A stretch of DNA of 64,000 nt. It comes from Chromera velia. Taxonomy: Eukaryota. The notes below the pieces were generated by a model. It did no database searches. It saw only the letters and a program-made list of their open reading frames with translations, and was not told where the DNA came from. The first letter of the stretch is position 1. Every line of letters begins with the position of its first letter. Location: contig JAHBMJ010000288.1 in the NCBI GenBank assembly GCA_018398765.1, forward strand, positions 62,001-126,000, read 5' to 3'. The position numbers and the translations under genes were made by a program. Below are positions 47,091 to 63,144 of the stretch, piece after piece.

Positions 47091-48987
47091 TCAGTGCGTG
47101 CACTGTCGGCCCGACTCGGAGTCTCCCCGATCAGCCTCCATACTTCCAACCTGAAGCTCCTCCTCAGCCTGAGAGAGAGACGGAATCTGAGCCTCTCTGG
47201 AGACACAGGTCGTCACCAGCCCCCCCAAATTCCTCCACGTCTCTGCCCACCAGTCCGAAATCTGACGGCCACACTCCTCCAAGGAGGTACTCCATGACGA
47301 TGCACTCGGACTGGCCCTCACAGGTTCTGTGTGTGGGTCTGCCTGGGCGTCTCCCCCGTCTCTCTCGACTCTGTTGCACTCAATCAAAACATTCGGGTCT
47401 TCTGACTGAGTCTCTACCCTCATGCCGTCGGGGCCTGTCTGAGTACCTCGGGATCTCACACACACGCACGGACCTGGGACTGGGCTTGGACGTGTGCTCG
47501 CACTCAACTCAAAAGTTGTCGGTGGAGCCTCAGGGCTGTTGGTTGCACCGGCGTGGGGGGCGACAACAGCCGCGTCCTTCGTGTCGTGCTCTGTGGCTGT
47601 GCTGCATGATTTCTGCTGTACACTCTGAGAAGGAACGGAGGGGCCCTCGGGCAAGTTGGCCTGATGATCTTCTTCCAAGTCGACGCTCTCAGAAGGGGTG
47701 TCTGAGTCGTCCTCAGGGTCTTCGAGGGATCCCTCAGGGCACACTTCAGCTTTGCACTCTGAGGATGCATCTCTGTCGGCAACCACTTGGCTCTCAGATA
47801 CCTGCACAGATCGTTGAGTCATGCATGCAGACAAAGAGTGTCTGCACAGATCGAGTCGTGCACGCAGACAAAGAGAGCTAGTCACAATGAGTTGAAAGGA
47901 ACAATTACGAGGACAAACTGATTAAATGAGTGACAGACATCTTGAATACAGATACGAAGCACATCATCACGATGCATCTGCATGCACCGTCGTACAACAG
48001 CGTCGGTCCTGCATTTGCTTAAGTTGCGGGGAGCCCCTTTTCCACGCACCTGGGGCTTTCCAGTGTCCAGAGAGGAAGTTTCCAGGGACTCTTCAGAACA
48101 TAATCCAGATTCGCTGTCTGAGCACTCCGGCCGTTCACCAGGTTGTTCGAGAACTTCGTGTGCGTCGGGGAGGATTCGCAGAGGGAGAGAAGCGCTGGGC
48201 AATGCCTCAGCGGTTGACAGACGTCGCATGGCATCCGCGTCGAGGGGGTATGAGACCTGTAGATACATGCAGACAGGGGGAGGAGAGGAAGAGATGAACT
48301 GGTGTTTGGTCGAGCAGAAATGCACATGCATGAAGACTGTTTCATTGTGTGATGCGTCGCTCTCAGGGTTGCACTCAATGATACAGAAGCGGCGAGCTTA
48401 TCAGAGCTGTGATGACGAAGCCGAAAGTTTTGGATGGCGACCGAGGGCGGATGCAAACTTTGTATGAATGGAAGAGCGCAATTTGACTGACCTTTGCGTT
48501 GATATTGTTGTTCAACAAATTCTTCAAATCTTCATTCTCCATCCTCAGTGCCTGAATTTCGTTTGCCTGTCGACTGCTCTTCTCCTTCTCTCTCTTCAAT
48601 TCTTCCTGAAGCGCGTCCAATTTCTCCATCAGTTCGAACTGCTCAAACTCTCTTTCCTCGGCCTCCCTCTCGTGTTTCCACTTGAGTTCTTCCATCCTCC
48701 GGCACTGTCTCGCCTCCTCCCTTAATTTCTCCACCACCACTTCTTCTGCATCCCGCACCTGCTCCCGCAGCTCTTCACATCGCTCGCAGGGCACGGGGTC
48801 TTCCGGGGCGCCGGGTGGGGGTGACCACCGCCTCCAAGTCCTCAATGACCTCCTCCAGTGGCAGCACTCTCTGGCTCTTGAAGCCCTTCCCCTCCCAGAA
48901 ATGCCCTTCCTCCTCTCCGATCCATTCCTCCACCTCATGGACGGACGAGACGGGGTTGTCCCCCGCAAAAGAGACAGATGGCTGCAT
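47091..48987 (-). CDS. Three-exon coiled-coil/low-complexity protein (exons 48492-48987, 48050-48256, 47091-47801) with an apparent 1-nt frameshift at ~48817-48821
   Basis: MQPSVSFAG...EDLEAVVTP must change frame to reach PGAPEDPVPCERCEELREQ... (coiled coil). The downstream GT-AG junctions are in phase 0, and the stop is at 47091. Confidence 0.7.
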
Positions 48988-49399
48988 CTTTCTTCAACCA
49001 ATTCGAGCTTTCCAACAACGTCAAAGCAAAGAAGAACAACCGGTGCGACTGGGGGTCTGCACAACAATATGACAGCATTGAAGTGTCCAGCTACTGCTCC
49101 TTTGACTGCCCCTTCTCATGACAACATGCGGCCGGTAGCTGCTAGGTGTGAACATGCATGCATGCGCCAAAAAAGAAAGAAAAAACCGATTATTTTTTGC
49201 AGGCATGCGTGCATGCACGTGTAGAACGTGTAGAATCGGCTTTGCGCATGCGTGCGTCACCACGCTGCGGTCCACGCAGCTACAGAGTCAGCCAAAGGAA
49301 GTACCGAATCTGACAGAGCCTTTCCCTAGCTGTACAAGGTCCAAGCTGATTCAGCCTGTCTTGCATATGCATTCGTTGTCGTACGTCGTTTGGTCGGTT

Positions 49400-51557
49400 T
49401 TCTTCTAATATTTATGTGCGCGTCTCACGTTGTGCGATCTCTGCATCCAAAACTCTGAGAAGAATATATACAGAATGCAGACTGTGGTGTCTCCTTCCTC
49501 GTCTCCTTTTGCTGAGGAGAGGAACGTCAAAGAAGATGACCACCTTCCACGCCTCGAGCCAGGAGCAGCCACTGGAGTCAGCAGCCTTTTCGGAAATCTG
49601 ACTTAGGTTCCGACTGAACACGCCTGGGGTAGCGTTGCGAAACTGTCTGTCTCTCGAGTCTGACTCTTTTGGCATTGCATGCCGCGCTTGTTCCCGTCTC
49701 CATCAAAGATCGAGGGGCTGCAGCTTCCGCGTCCATGCATCAGACCACTCTCTACCATCCAGGCACATTCACCTCCTCCTTTCCTTTCTTGCGGATTCAA
49801 CAGACCGTCTCACTTTCGGTGCATCCTCGACTCTGCCCTCTGCATGCTCTGTCTCTCTTCCGTCTCCTTTAGCTGCATGAGACGGGGGAAGGGAGGAAAG
49901 GGGAGAAGCGGTGCGTGAAAAGTCTGACCTTCACCAGACACAGCATCTGTTCAAACCTGTTGTCGAGATTTTCGAAGCGCTCCCTGCCTCCTTGGAGCAT
50001 CTGAACTTCGTCAAGGCCTTCGTGACCCCTGCAGCCATGCAGTGAGTGGAAAGAGACAGGAAGGATTCTAACTCTCCGAGTCTGCGTCCATTTGCAGAGG
50101 CAGTGAGGACAGGCAACGTTGATTGTCTGAAGACCCTGGAGCTGGATATGGGTCTCTTCGGGAGCATGGAGGAGCTGTCTTTTTTGGCCGTGAAGCCACT
50201 AGACATCGAGTGCTTTCGTTTGAAGGAAAATCCCCGAGGGAGAGGCTTTGAGTGAGATCGACCGGACCCCCATTCTTACCAGGGCTGTTCGTCCTTGATT
50301 TCCTCGGACACCTCTCAATTTGCGCTCCCTCACGTGCTCTGCATGTGTGCCTCTGGTCCCTACCTTGCATGCGCACATGCACCTTCAGAGGATTGCCTGA
50401 ATGCTCGAAGCCTTCGAGACTGGGAGAGCTCCGGGCCGGGCCCTCTCCTCGAATTTAAGTCTGCAGTCTCTCTGTAGTTTGCCATGCAGTCCCATGCGAG
50501 CTTGTAGAGGCCTTCATGAGTGAGTGCTTGAAGAGTCTAAACTGTCCCTGTGCTCCGAGTAACTGTTCTGAGGCTGGAATTGAAAACAGACTGCGAACCG
50601 AAGAGGTGGGGGAACGGTGCAGGTTTGGTGATCTCCCTTCCCGTCTCTCCCAACCATCCGCTGCCGGATAGAGCGGTTCCACCTTGGTGTTTTGTGTGTC
50701 AGAGGCGACTGCACCCTCGAGTTTTGACTGCTTTGGCAGAGAACAAGCTTGCCGGTCTTCTGCCTCACACTTCGCGCGCCCTTGATTTGGGAAGATACAG
50801 TAGGAGACGGAAGGAGGAGGGGGACTTTTTGAAGCTTTTTCGGGTTAGCTCGGTCATGCCGGTCGTCTGGCTTCATTGGGCTTGCGTGAAAGTCTGCAGG
50901 GGTACGACTGTAGCAAGCCAATGAGAGCCCTGTGCATTGAGCATAACATGGTTGTCGCAACTAAATCTCCCATGCCCCCCAGTGAGTTTTTCGCTGAAGA
51001 GCGAGGAGTACGTTGTGTTGTTGAGTGAAGTGCTCCGGGAGGGCAATTTCGTTGGGCTCCGGAAGGTTGTTTTGGCTGGGCGGTTAGGATAGCGAAGGGG
51101 TGTGTGGCGGCTGATTTGATCAGAGCGTTTTGTGCATCTGGAGCTAGAGGGTTTGCCTTAATTTTCTGGAGAGCCTGAGCGAGTCGGACAGATTTTCAAA
51201 TTGCAGATCGAGGGGGGCGTTGAGCTGTTGAAAACTGGTACTGAAACAAAAATTTCCAAATCTTCGGTTTCTCTCTCACCTTGCATTCCTGTGCGTTAGG
51301 AGATGAGGGGGTTTATTCGCTAAGCCCCTGGGGGGGTGAGGGCTTGGGTGCTTAGAGAGTTTCGGAGATTTTTTTTTGGACAGAGAAATCATTTTCCTGC
51401 GGGATCAATCGAGAGTTTGGATGCACTTTTGGATCGAAGCCGTGTCTCTGAAAGGCAATTTTGGATCGAAGCCGTGTCTCTGAAAGTCCCCCCTCTTTTA
51501 GAACAGGTTTACCTCTTCAGCTGCCCTAGCGTTGGGAAGGGGCCTTTGCCGAAATAA
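49400..51557 (+). pseudogene. Heavily decayed LRR-family pseudogene
   Basis: Short fragments in shifting frames match the style of the LRR ORF at 5.5-7.5 kb: FEALPASLEHLNF, PFAEAVRTGNVDCLKTLELD, VLTALAENKLAGL, LSEVLREGNFVGLRKVVL. There are many stops and a short tandem duplication at ~51428-51486. Confidence 0.7.
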
Positions 51558-53997
51558 TTGCTGTGCTCTTACTTTGGTACGTGTCTGCATGGAGGGCCGC
51601 CGCGCAATGATCAATTAAAAGATTAATTGACCTTCGGGGATCATGGATGCAGCATTATATGCTAGCATAGACAGTGGGGGAGGGGTGGCGTGCTTTGGGT
51701 GGGTGAGTCGCTTCGCATGCATTCTTTTATTGCTTTTGTTTTTCATAAAAAGTCTTTGAGATTAGAAATCTAATTTGAGATTAGTCTTTCTACACTCTTA
51801 GCTACTAGTAGACTCTCTAAGTATGTCAGTGATCTAGAAAGTTACAATTTTACTCTCGATCTCTAGATCGATCTAAGTAATTTTATAACAAATTAGTCCG
51901 ACAACACCTTTAACAAGACTTCGATCGACCCTAAACTTTAAACATACTGCTTTGCCCCCCCTGTCCAGCCACCTTATGGCGTCCAGACAGAAGGTAAAGC
52001 GAGGATAAGAACCCTGGGGAAGATCTAGAGAAGGAACGTGTGCAACGCTAACTGAAGCAACACTTTACAGGTTTAGGTAAACGAGGTCTCAATCCTGCTT
52101 TGACTCTAGGAGGTTCTATTGGGCTTTGTCTTCAGACTTCTCCCGACTCCAAATAAATCTGACTCTATAGGTACAACTAGAGATTCAATGACTTCGGCTG
52201 ACTTCAACTCGAACCCTGTCGTAGGATGTTCCTCAGACAACATGTTGTTAAAGAGGCCAAACGTAGACTTGCATGCATGCGCAGAGCTTCGAGTGCGACA
52301 CGTACAGGCAGACTGCGTATACGCGCGGTGGCGGGGCATGACATCGGCACGAGGGCTCATTCAGATACAGCGCATGCGAGGGTCCAGAGGGCGGCGCCAC
52401 AGAGTAGAACTCCACAGTACTTCAATTTAAATTTTTATGACTTTATATATGTTACACTTTAGAATTAATTGACAAGGATAGGATATAGGATTAATGTCTA
52501 GAGCTAGGTCTGGAGGATTAATTCGTCTCTTGCCCCAATGCCAAGCAATCGACGTGCGGCATCAAGGAAAAAAAGCGCATACACGTGTTGGATCTTCCTG
52601 GCTAGCTTCCACGCCCGATGATAATAAGATCGAGGTCTTTTCTTTTATTATTTCTTTCTAGTCTTTAAATTCTAGATTTTTTTCATGCACTTTTTAAAAC
52701 AGTGAGAAAAAGACCTAAAAATATGCATCTAAAAACCTTCAAATTATAAGTAGCATTCAAAATGAATGTTAAACTATGAGGCTTTGAGGTTCAAGTTTTA
52801 TTTCATAATTCATTTAACGTAAAGTCATGCAGATCATAAACATTATTTCACTCTAAACTTTTACAGATCATCTAGGCGTAGGACATCAAAATTAAATAAT
52901 AAAACATACCATCATTTTTTGAAATTTTTTTTTTTTAATATTTGATTTTGGTTTTTTTTGTTTTTGAAACTATCAAATTATAAGTCAAGACACTAGTCAA
53001 GACGTAAGTTCTAACTGAAGTTTACTAAGAAGTTTAACCAGCTTTATAAAAAGAATGGTGATTAAAATTTAGTATATCATACTTGCTATTATAAATCATA
53101 CCCACTCGATCTAGCCAATGAAGATTTTCAATTATCTTAAGTGTGCCAGTAGTGAACAACAAAATGCAACCTAGTTATCAATAAGCATTTTAATCTATAT
53201 TTCTAGCTATCTTTTTTAGAGCATCTCACAGTAATACTGATTGTCACCTACAATTAAGCTAGCTAGTAAGCTAGCTTGCAAGGATGTGCTTTAATTTATT
53301 AAGCAAACAAAGAAGCAATCCGGTCAGTGGAGGTCCTCCGTAACGTACAGGTCTCTGCTTCAGACTCACGATAATCGATCGGCAGGTCCTTCACTCACCG
53401 CATTCAGTCATTGCTTGCACGCCTCTGTCACAGCTCTGGTCACAACGTTAGTTAGATCTAGAGTTAGATAGAGCAAGAGGGACAGTTCCACTTCGCAGCA
53501 TGCTTTCTCAGGGAATTAAGAGCCGTGCATAGCGTGGCAGTCAGGTGGAAGGAACAAGCGGTTAATTGAATTTGAGGGTGCATGCTCAAAAGCTGAGGCT
53601 CTGAGCAGCAGGGAAGCAGCAGCATGGGTTGCGATGCAACACGAAGGCAAGGTGCATTCACGACGCACGCAAAGAAACTCATGAGCTAGGACGAACCAGC
53701 CTGCAGGGAAAGGAAACCGCATGCATGCGTGCAGAGAGAGACGAAAGAAAGACTGCATGCATGCATGCATGTAACTCCTTAAGCACGCTCCGTGAAGGCT
53801 GACTGTGTATGCAATCCAGAGAAAGATTGCCAACTACTACTACTAGATGCTTGCGACAGAACCACTCGATGCACACTCCCCCCCCAGCAATACCAAGCTA
53901 GAGCCCCCCCCTGACCCCATAACGCAGTCCACGTGTCTACATATACATGGAGGTGCACACTCAGAAATCAAGATGGATTGACGTCCTCCCTCTGAAT

Positions 53998-56900
53998 TCA
54001 TCCCTTCAGCTCTGCCCTGGCCTCCCAATCAGGTGCGTCGGCATTCTTCCCCTCCGTCTTGACCGTCTCCTTGAATTGTTTGACCTCTTCTGCATCGGCC
54101 TGTGCCGCTGCCTCCCCATCTGCAACCAGGAGTCCGGGGGCAATTCTGGTCTTTGTCTCCCCATCGACCTCTTCCTCGATTTCCACCCACACGAAGTCGG
54201 TGGTCACGTAGGACTCCTCGCAGGCAATGCCGGTGAACCCACGGGGACATTCGCACTGGGAGGTCTCTCCATTGGGCATGCGCATGCACTTGCCTCCGTT
54301 CTCACAGGGCTTGTGTCCCGCACCCGCGCAGGTCACGTCCTTTCCGTCGTTGGGGAAGGAAACTCCGACCTGCAGGCAGGCAGAGAGACATGCAGCTAGG
54401 TGAATGAATGCGCACACATTTCTGACAAGTGAAGCTCGGGGACAGTCATGTTGTCAGTTGAAAGAAAAAGCAGTGGACATGAACGATGATCGAACAGTTG
54501 GCAGGTGGGAAGGTAGGCAGGTAAGCAGGGAAAGTTGGAAGGAGAGGAGGCCACGCAAAAATCCCCTCGTTGGTACGTTTTTCGAGTCCTTTGTGCACAC
54601 ACCAGACTTGCTGGCCGGCCCACCGACTGACCTTCACGCGTGCGATCTTCTCCCAGCTAGAGGCGTCCTTGCACACCCCTCCGCACCAGCAGAGGTCAAG
54701 GACCTCGGGAGTGCGTGTGAGGACAGCCATGCCGTCCCACTCTTGGAGGGAGGAGGTGAACTCTGAGGGGTGGCTCCAGCAGTCAGAGCTGTCAGTGGGG
54801 TTGCAGTTGGACCCCCAGATCTTCTCGTTGGGCACAGACCCGGAGGCGCACTGCTGACCTTCCTGGATGAACTTGAGGGTTGCCTTCGTGGCACCCACAT
54901 AGGCCGGGGTCAGGCCGTGGCCCTTGACGCGGAGGCCGAAAGGTTCGTTGGCCATTACGGAGAGGGAGGGGAGGTCTTCATCGGAAGAGTGGGTGTAGAT
55001 TCCCTCAACAGTCACAAACCCGACGTTGGTCCACAGACCCTCTGCACCGGAGTCACACTCACCAAAGCAATGGCAGATTTCGAAAAAGCCAGGCTCGGTG
55101 AAGGTCACACCCTCCCAGTGCTGGAAAGTCACGCTGCCGTCTGCGTTCTGCAGTCCCTTGGGAACTGTCTGGGCGACATCGCCTGACTTGGTGGTGACAG
55201 AAGGGGCGGTTGTGGTATCGATGCCCTTGACTGTGGTGGAGTGGGCAGCCTGAGAGCAGGACATAGCGCCAGGAGCGGGCTGGAAGAACTTGACTCTAGA
55301 GTCGACTGTCTGGGTGTTGGTGGCCAAGTTGCCTACAGGGATGTTGAGGTCCGTTGGGACGTTCTTCTGGGCATAGAAGTTGTTCATGCTGCTGGTGGCG
55401 GGAATGCGAAGGACCTCAGGCTGTCCGGTCTTGACGGAATAGCCAACGCTCTCCCACCCAGAGGCTCTGTACTTGCCGAGCTTCATCGTCACTTCAGTGC
55501 CGTCGTCAGTGCCCTCAAGCACAGCCTCCACGACTGCACATTTGACGTCTGTGGGCTCTCCAAAGGAGAAATCAAGCCAGACTCTGCACTCGGTGTCGCT
55601 TCTGTCAGAGCATCCGAGGGTGGTTCCAGTCAGCCCCTCTCTGTCGTGCAGGAGAGTGTAGTCAGGTTCTGTGCTCTGCGTCTCTTCCTTTGCAACGGCA
55701 TCGGTGGTCTCGGAATCAGAGGATGAAGTGGAGTTGTGGTCAGTGCCGAAAGCCCACTGCATCCAGTCACTCCAGGTGCTCTGCAGTCGTCTGCTGCTAG
55801 AACCCTCTTCTCCCTCGGATGCGGTCTGTGTGGTGGTGGTGGTAGCGGGTCTGGGAGGGGGGGGAGTCTCGGCATCAAGAGCAGCGGCTCCGGGGCCGTC
55901 ATCGCTCTGGGTGGTCGTGTCATCAGAAGAGTCAGATGAGCCCATGGATCCGAAGAAATAGGAGAGCACATCCATGACGGTGTCCACCACACCGCTGCCA
56001 CTCCTGACAGAGGAAGAGGACTGGAAGGTCACACCCTCGAAGGAGAGGGGGGTACCGGTACAGTCGCCGGACTGAAACAGGCTGCATGCTCACACACAAT
56101 AAATGCAACAACAATACAGACACATGCATACTCGATGGCTCCAAGAGCACTCGAAGATTCACATTGCCATGACCATGCCTCCGCTCCCCAAAAGCCACCA
56201 GGGCAGCAGCGTCCATAAACACGCGCATTAAACTAGAGCAGAAAGCTGCTGAGCAAAACCAAGGGCAAAAAGGGATGACTTCCTTTTGTCCCATGCACTC
56301 AAGTTAGAAAGAGTCAGAAGAGACAGACAAGGAAGGCAGCACATCTCTCTTCTCTGGAGACTTACGCGAGTTCTCTGATGGTCAACTTCGTGTCCATGTC
56401 CTCTGACTTCATCAGGGAGAGGCGGTAGCTGTAGGCACCTGCAGTTTAAGAAGGAGAGAGGAAAGGAAGATCTCGATCTAAAGTTTCTGAGAGGTTTGAG
56501 CTGTTACTTTTGGGGAACAAAGCCTTACATCTTTCCCGGACAAACACAAAATGCATTCATTCCTTAGGCCTACGTCGAGTCTCTCACCCTTCTCTCAATT
56601 CGTGTCTCTGCCTTCTTGGGGGGCACTGTTTTTCTTCTGTGTGCTCTCCTACGGGTCAATACTACATGTCTGTGTATGATACAAGGTCCCGCTAGCTGAC
56701 CGAATTCTTCCTTTGCGGGGATCTGGCAGACGAAAGGCATTTGCTTCCCACAGCCGTAGTCAGAGAACGCGCCGTCGTCAGAGTTCAGACCCACACAGTC
56801 GGCAGAACACTCGGCAGACTCGGCAGTCAGACCGCAGTCCCTGCACACAAATTATTAATGCAAAAAACAAACGAGTTCAACGGGTTTGTAGTTTTGATCT

Positions 56901-57788
56901 GTTTGTATACACAAAAAATGGTAAGGGGCCTAAGGGCTGGATGCGCCGGTCGAGCCCTCCAAATAGATTACAAAGATCAAATGAACTCATGCGCGGGAAG
57001 GCTTCAGGACCCCCCCAATTTAACCTTCAACACCATTCATCTGTTCAATCCACACCCCTCACCGCCACATGCACGCACGCAGACGCAGCTGCCTGGCACA
57101 CAAAGTCTTACTCACTGAGGAAGATCGCCCTCGTCATCGGGCTGGTAGGAAACTCCGTTGGCAGTCTTCTTCTTTGCCCACTCGAAGTAGACGGCCTTTG
57201 TGCCGTCAGCATTCTTGAACTCTCCTGCATGTGTAAGCATACATATAAGCATACATATTATCAATCAGATTTTGCTTTGATTGTGCACTTGGGCTGGAAT
57301 GAACACTTCTTCGCTATCAAAACGATCGACAATCTCGCACAGGAGCGACAGGCATTCTCAAAATCGTCTACACGCGCACTGGCCGCAGGTATCCGGTCAT
57401 CACGGCCCGCCTCAATTTTTGTGGTATTAAAGCATTTCAGATCAGACTAATTCACGCACTGACCTTCCTTTTCCATGTCGTTCAGACCGAACCAGCAGTT
57501 CGTGTCACCAAGAGAGGAACCATCCGGTCCCACACCGCAGATGTACGCAAGCACCCCGGCGTCGTCAGAGTCCCCAATGGAGGCAAGGTTAGCCCCCAGA
57601 GTCTGGCAGTGGTCCTGAGCCTCCTGCCAACCCTTCTTGATCAGACTCCCATCTCCCGCCTCAGCGCGCTGGTAGCAGTTCCCTCGAAAGAGAGTCCACC
57701 CGTCAGCGCATTCGAAACGAGAAACGCCGTTCCCGGAAACGACGGCAACGGAGCAGAGTGCCCCGAGTGCAACAAGAGACTGTTGCAT
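53998..57788 (-). CDS. Secreted multidomain protein: signal peptide, C-type lectin domain, Ser/Thr-rich linker, Cys-repeat modules and an EGF-like domain (exons 57464-57788, 57116-57224, 56701-56840, 56366-56438, 54632-56081, 53998-54369)
   Basis: Signal MQQSLVALGALCSVAVVSG. CTLD motifs CADGWTLFRGNCY, WQEAQDHCQTLGANLASI, CWFGLND, DCVGL and CGKQMPFVCQ. EGF CENGGKC...CECPRGFTGIAC. All five introns are GT-AG and phase-consistent. Confidence 0.9.
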
Positions 57789-57939
57789 ACTGTTGCAACA
57801 ACACAAGCTTTTGTTTCAGGAACTTCGAGAAAAGATGCTGCGAAGGGATCACACAGGGGCTCTGCAGGCGTGTCTAACCTTCGAATGAATTAGTCAAAGG
57901 AGAATGACACAGAAGTTTCCAGCACACAGAGCTCGGTTT

Positions 57940-58130
57940 CATATATATGAGAGACTGCATGCATGGTCGAGCCGATCAATTATGACTCGTATCCGATTAA
58001 TTTTTCAATTAATGCATGCATTGCATGTCGATTTTTACGCGCGCGGCCCCGGAAAGAAGCGCCTGAATGCATCGATACCGTCCGTGAAAGCGAAATAAAC
58101 GCCGCGGCTTCATTAATTGATTGTCTGCAT
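57940..58130. promoter_or_regulatory. Bidirectional promoter core between the lectin gene and the PKA gene
   Basis: A cluster of TGCATGCA, ATCGAT, TTAATT and CGCGCGCG lies within the 565-bp head-to-head gap. Confidence 0.55.
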
Positions 58131-58353
58131 GACCCTTTTCTCACGACCGTACAATTCAGTCATTCGGCCCTTCGACTGCATGCCTCGATTAACGTACCTC
58201 AGCATCCAACCCCACCGCCTACAGACTATAGAGCTTCCCTCTGTCATCCTGTTATTTCGTGCTGTAGCTCTAGCTTTTATCCATCCTTCTCTAAACGTCC
58301 AAATTCCTCACTAGAAAAAGAAACTCAACGCTGAGACAACACTTGTTGGCGCG

Positions 58354-60956
<2,603 letters not shown>

Positions 60957-62812
60957 CCTGTCTGTCTGCCTGCCTGCTTGGGCCAGCTGGGGGGCGGGAG
61001 GGGGGCTGCAGGGGAGCCTCACCTATGTGTGCCTGCCTGTAGGATGTGTGTCTTCCGGCACGTACGGGCTGGCAGCTAGGCAAAGGTGGAAGGGACGGAG
61101 AAAATGAGATGACGATGAAAAGACGGAAAGAATCGTTGGGCGTCAGATAAGAAAATTGTTCATTTGCATGAAGAGAGGGGGGGAGAGGGGGGGGGAGGGG
61201 AGGCGGGAGGGGAGCGGATGTTTTCTTCTGTGTCGTGAGGCCCGGGCAAAGTTCCGGCACCTGAATTCAGTCGGGTGATCTGACACAATTAATGCGGTAA
61301 GAGGCTTGTCGTGTGTGTCTTAACCGGACATAGACAGCACGTGTGCAGTACTAGTTAGAATCAAGTCTTTAGCCCGTTGCTGATAGCGTTTTAAGTTTGA
61401 AATTGACACTGTTGTGAGTCTGTTGGAGTCCTTTAAGACGTCGCTCTCAATAAAAAATTTAAACAATCATGCATTCAACTTTAATATCCATCTAATGTAT
61501 AAATATGTATAAATTAAACTTATCACTCTTGGTTATCAGCAATCTAGACAGCATTTTATAATCTATCAATTGATATCATCATCATCATCATATGCTATCG
61601 CTATCAGCCCATAATAGGCGTCTAGCGTTCGGCAAGTCACAACACGCAAGGCAGATTGTTAAATGATGGACCCTCATTTAAAGAATTCACCAATTAATAT
61701 ATAGTAATTTAATCAATTATTAATACATAATTTAAGTCAAATTGAAGTTCTCTTTTATAGTGATATTCAACATAAATCTCTTTAAAGGCTAGAGCATATA
61801 TAGAAAACTGTCTGAAAACGTATGACTACCACTGTCTGCCACTAGACTGACAGTGACTATTTGTTCCACTAGTCTGCCTAGTAGTCTACATAGAAATCCT
61901 ATATATCTGCTAGTATATCTGACGTACATCTAAACTAATACTAGAACTAGCATACCAGTGATCTAGCCAGTGATAGTAGCATCTGAACTGTATGGTGTTA
62001 AAATTAAAATAGTTAATGCAATGATCATTGCAATCTTACCTAGAATCCTAGCTAGAATCTTACAAATTCAGTTACAACTTTAAAGTTTTACTATCATAAG
62101 TTTACGTCAATTTAAGTGTAAAACCATTAAAAATGATTTATATTAAATAATCATATTCAACATCTTGGAAGCCGTTTGCGGGGGCGACCTCTGAAAGACA
62201 AAACGGCGACAGTGTCATAGGGCATCAATAAATCACTTGAATTTCACTTATCACTTAGCACTTTACGTCGAGTCTAGCTATAAGCGTCGCTAGAAGCGTC
62301 GTCTACCAATAACTTAAAACTTAAACTGTTACTTTAATACTCCCTAGTTTAGTTGAATCATGGTGGGGGGGGATTTATGGCCAATTTTAAATCCTTAGGC
62401 TAGCAAAAAAATATTAAATTCAAAGTCCAGGCGTAGCCTTTGAGCAGTGGTCACTGGCCTTTTCAGCACAAAGTAACACAAGCAACGAACTCACCAAAGC
62501 CACCATGCAGTCTTGAGCTTCTTCTGAAGACAACAGACTGGATCGAAGGTGTGAAGTCCCACGCACTGTCACTGAACAGACAATCAGTCGAGAATCTCAG
62601 TGACACTTTAAGGATTGGGGGTTTTGATTGTTTCTTCATCTTCGTCTCCACTGGGCCTCCTTCCACTTTCTCTCTCAAGCTCTCTTTTCTTTCCGTTCCT
62701 TTCACTTCCTGTTCTTTGTTTCCCTCTCCTCTCGCTCTGCCTCGACTTCAACTTTCTCCTGCCCCCTAAGAGAAGCGCATGGCATACCTGACTGAAATGC
62801 TCCCAGGGAGCA

Positions 62813-63080
62813 TGCCGTGGCCCCCAAATTTAAAGTTCATGAACTATTGACAGTTCAATTTCGTTGGCCGGCTCCGCCGGCGGCCACGTACGCGGTATCT
62901 GACGGGTTGACGTCCGTTGGCCGGCTCCGCCGGCGGCCACGCGCGCGCGTGCGGTTTATACCGGCGGCCGGGGGCCACGGCAGCGGCCGGCTGGGGACGC
63001 AACCTCGCAAACTTTTGGTGGGTACTTGAGCATTGGGGGGTACTACCACTTTAACATACCGTCGGCCGGGGGTCACGGCA
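62813..63080. mobile_element. Short GC-rich MITE-like element with 13-bp terminal inverted repeats and internal direct repeats
   Basis: TGCCGTGGCCCCC (62813-62825) pairs with GGGGGTCACGGCA (63068-63080, one mismatch). A 27-bp direct repeat lies at 62862-62888 and 62915-62941. No clear TSD. Confidence 0.5.
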
Positions 63081-63144
63081 CACAATATCGATGTGACAAG
63101 AGAGTGGGATCGTGGGGGAACCCGGACAGAATCGATTTGACGTT

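Noticed and set aside
57113..57118. Apparent in-frame TGA in the lectin gene (selenocysteine or readthrough?)
   Set aside because: The TGA is part of the GTGAGT donor. Splicing at CA|GTGAGT restores the frame with the next exon.
61380..62340. Possible TIR element spanning the AT island
   Set aside because: Only ~10-bp inverted matches in AT-rich sequence and no TSD, which is insufficient support.
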